Shown piece after piece: positions 62,401 to 64,000 of a stretch of 64,000 nt of DNA. The notes below the pieces were generated by a model. That model searched no databases and was not told the DNA's origin. It saw nothing but the letters and a program-made list of their open reading frames with translations. The stretch lies in assembly GCA_964234715.1 (NCBI GenBank), contig OZ174276.1; one strand, written 5' to 3'. Both the position numbers and the translations under genes were made by a program. The stretch comes from Podarcis melisellensis (lineage: Eukaryota). The stretch's first letter is position 1, and each line of letters starts with the position of its first letter.

Positions 62401-64000
62401 CAGTGGTACCCCGCAAGACGAACGCCTCGCGAGACGAAAAACTCGCAAAACGAAAGGTTTTTTCGTTTTCGAGTTGCCTCGCAAGACGAATTTCCCTATG
62501 GGCTTGCATCGCAAAACGAAGCTTGCCCAGGGGACAGCGGGTCTTCTCTTTTGAAGCAAGGGGCAGCGGGGAGAAGCGATCTTCTCCCCGCAGCCCCAGG
62601 TCCGGGGACAGCGGGAAGCGCTTCCCGCTGCCCCCGGACCTCTTTTGAAGCAAGGGGCTGTGGGGAGATCGCTTCTCCCCACCGCCCCTTGCTTCAAAAG
62701 AGGTCCGGGGACAGCGGGAAGCGCTTCGCGCTGCCCCCGGACCTCTTTTGAAGCAAGGGTTTGCGGGGAAAAGCGATCTCCCCGCAGCCCCTTGCTTCAA
62801 AAGAGGTCCGGGGGCAGCGGGAAGCGCAGCGCTTCTTCCCCGCTGCCCCCGGACCTCTTTTGAAGCAAGGGGCTGCGGGGAGATCGCTTCTCCCGGTGCT
62901 CCGAAGCCGGGCGGGGGGGAGGGAACACCTGCCCCCACCGCCCGGCTTCGGAACGCTGCTCCGAAGCGGGGCGGGGGGGCGGGAACACCTGCCCCAGCCG
63001 CCCCGCTTCGGAACGCTGCTCCGAAGCGGGGCGGGGGGGCGGGAACACCTGCCCCAGCCGCCCCGCTTCGGAACGCTGCTCCGAAGCGGGGCGGGGGGGC
63101 GGGAACACCTGCCCCAGCCGCCCCGCTTCGGAACGCTGCTCCGAAGCGGGGCGGGGGGGCGGGAACACCTGCCCCAGCCGCCCCGCTTCGGAACGCTGCT
63201 CCGAAGCGGGACGGGGGGGGCGGGAACACCTGCCCCAGCCGCCCCGCTTCGGAACGCTGCTCCGAAGCGGGGGGGCGGGAACACCTGCCCCAGCCGCCCC
63301 GCTTCGGAACGCTGCTCCGAAGCGGGGCGGGGGGGCGGGAACACCTGCCCCCGCCGCCCGGCTTCGGAACGCTGCTCCGAAGCGGGGCGGGGGGGCGGGA
63401 ACACCTGCCCCAGCCGCCCCGCTTCGGAACGCTGCTCCGAAGCGGGGCGGGGGGGCGGGAACACCTGCCCCAGCCGCCCGGCTTCGGAACGCTGCTCCGA
63501 AGTGGGGCGGGGGGGCGGGAACCTCGCACCCCGCCGCCGGGCATCGGAACGATGCCCCGATGCCGGGCGGTGGGGCGGGAACCTCTCCCCTCGCCGCCAG
63601 GCATCGGAACGAGGTCCTGGACCTCTTCTGAAGGCAGGCGGGGGCAAAAGTCTTTGCTCCCCCCGCCTGCCTTCCCGGGACAGCGGAGACTTCTCCGCTG
63701 CCCCGGGCGATCTTAAAATGCTGGCGGGCGGGAGCGAAGCGTTCGCTGCCGACCCCCAGCATTTTAAAATCTCCTCGGGGCAGCGGAGACTTCGCTCCCG
63801 CCCGCCAGCATTTTAAAATCGCCCCGGGACAGCAGGGGCTTTTAAAATGCTGGCGGTTGGCAGCAAAGCCCTCCTGTCCCCGGAGCTTGCGGGGCGGGAG
63901 GTGGGAAGAAGGGCTTTTCTTCCCACCGCCAGCCTTCAGAACAGCCTTCTGAAGGCTGGCAGTGGGAAGAAAAGCCCTTGTCCCCCCCCCCCAGCCTTCA
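62401..64000. mobile_element. Tc1/mariner-type non-autonomous element with expanded internal GC-rich repeats (right end outside window)
   Basis: Begins TA|cagtggtacccc like the other MITEs, with an abrupt switch to CpG-rich palindromic repeats. Confidence 0.65.
62896..63610. repeat. 60-bp GC-rich minisatellite, ~11-12 units
   Basis: The 60-nt lines starting at 63001, 63061 and 63121 are identical. Unit: gctgctccgaagcggggcgggggggcgggaacacctgccccagccgccccgcttcggaac. Confidence 0.95.

Noticed and set aside
62896-63610. CRISPR-like array
   Set aside because: Head-to-tail repeats with no unique spacers, in a vertebrate intron.
62354-63816. Several 300-416 aa ORFs on both strands
   Set aside because: Artefacts of the stop-free 60-bp GC-rich minisatellite; translations are repetitive in all frames.

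Overview
Vertebrate genomic DNA, almost certainly a squamate and probably a lacertid lizard, judged from the Sauria/Squam SINEs, L2, CR1, Penelope and MITE content. The gene order ARMC7(+), NT5C(-), JPT1/HN1(-), SUMO2(-), NUP85(+, exons 1-7 only) matches the block known from human 17q25.1. I reconstructed all exons by hand with GT-AG boundaries and consistent phases. An extra two-exon, 73-aa, single-membrane-span microprotein gene that the ORF track misses lies head-to-head with ARMC7 (minus strand, 1894-1806 + 976-844). The most notable repeat structures are: a tRNA-SINE > hAT MITE > two solo LTRs nest between ARMC7 and NT5C; a Penelope inverted insertion carrying a hammerhead ribozyme core; a young L2 RT fragment directly behind the JPT1 poly(A) signal; and a palindromic 60-bp GC-rich minisatellite inside a Tc1/mariner-type MITE at the window end. 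TE family names and human comparisons are from recall, not from database searches.
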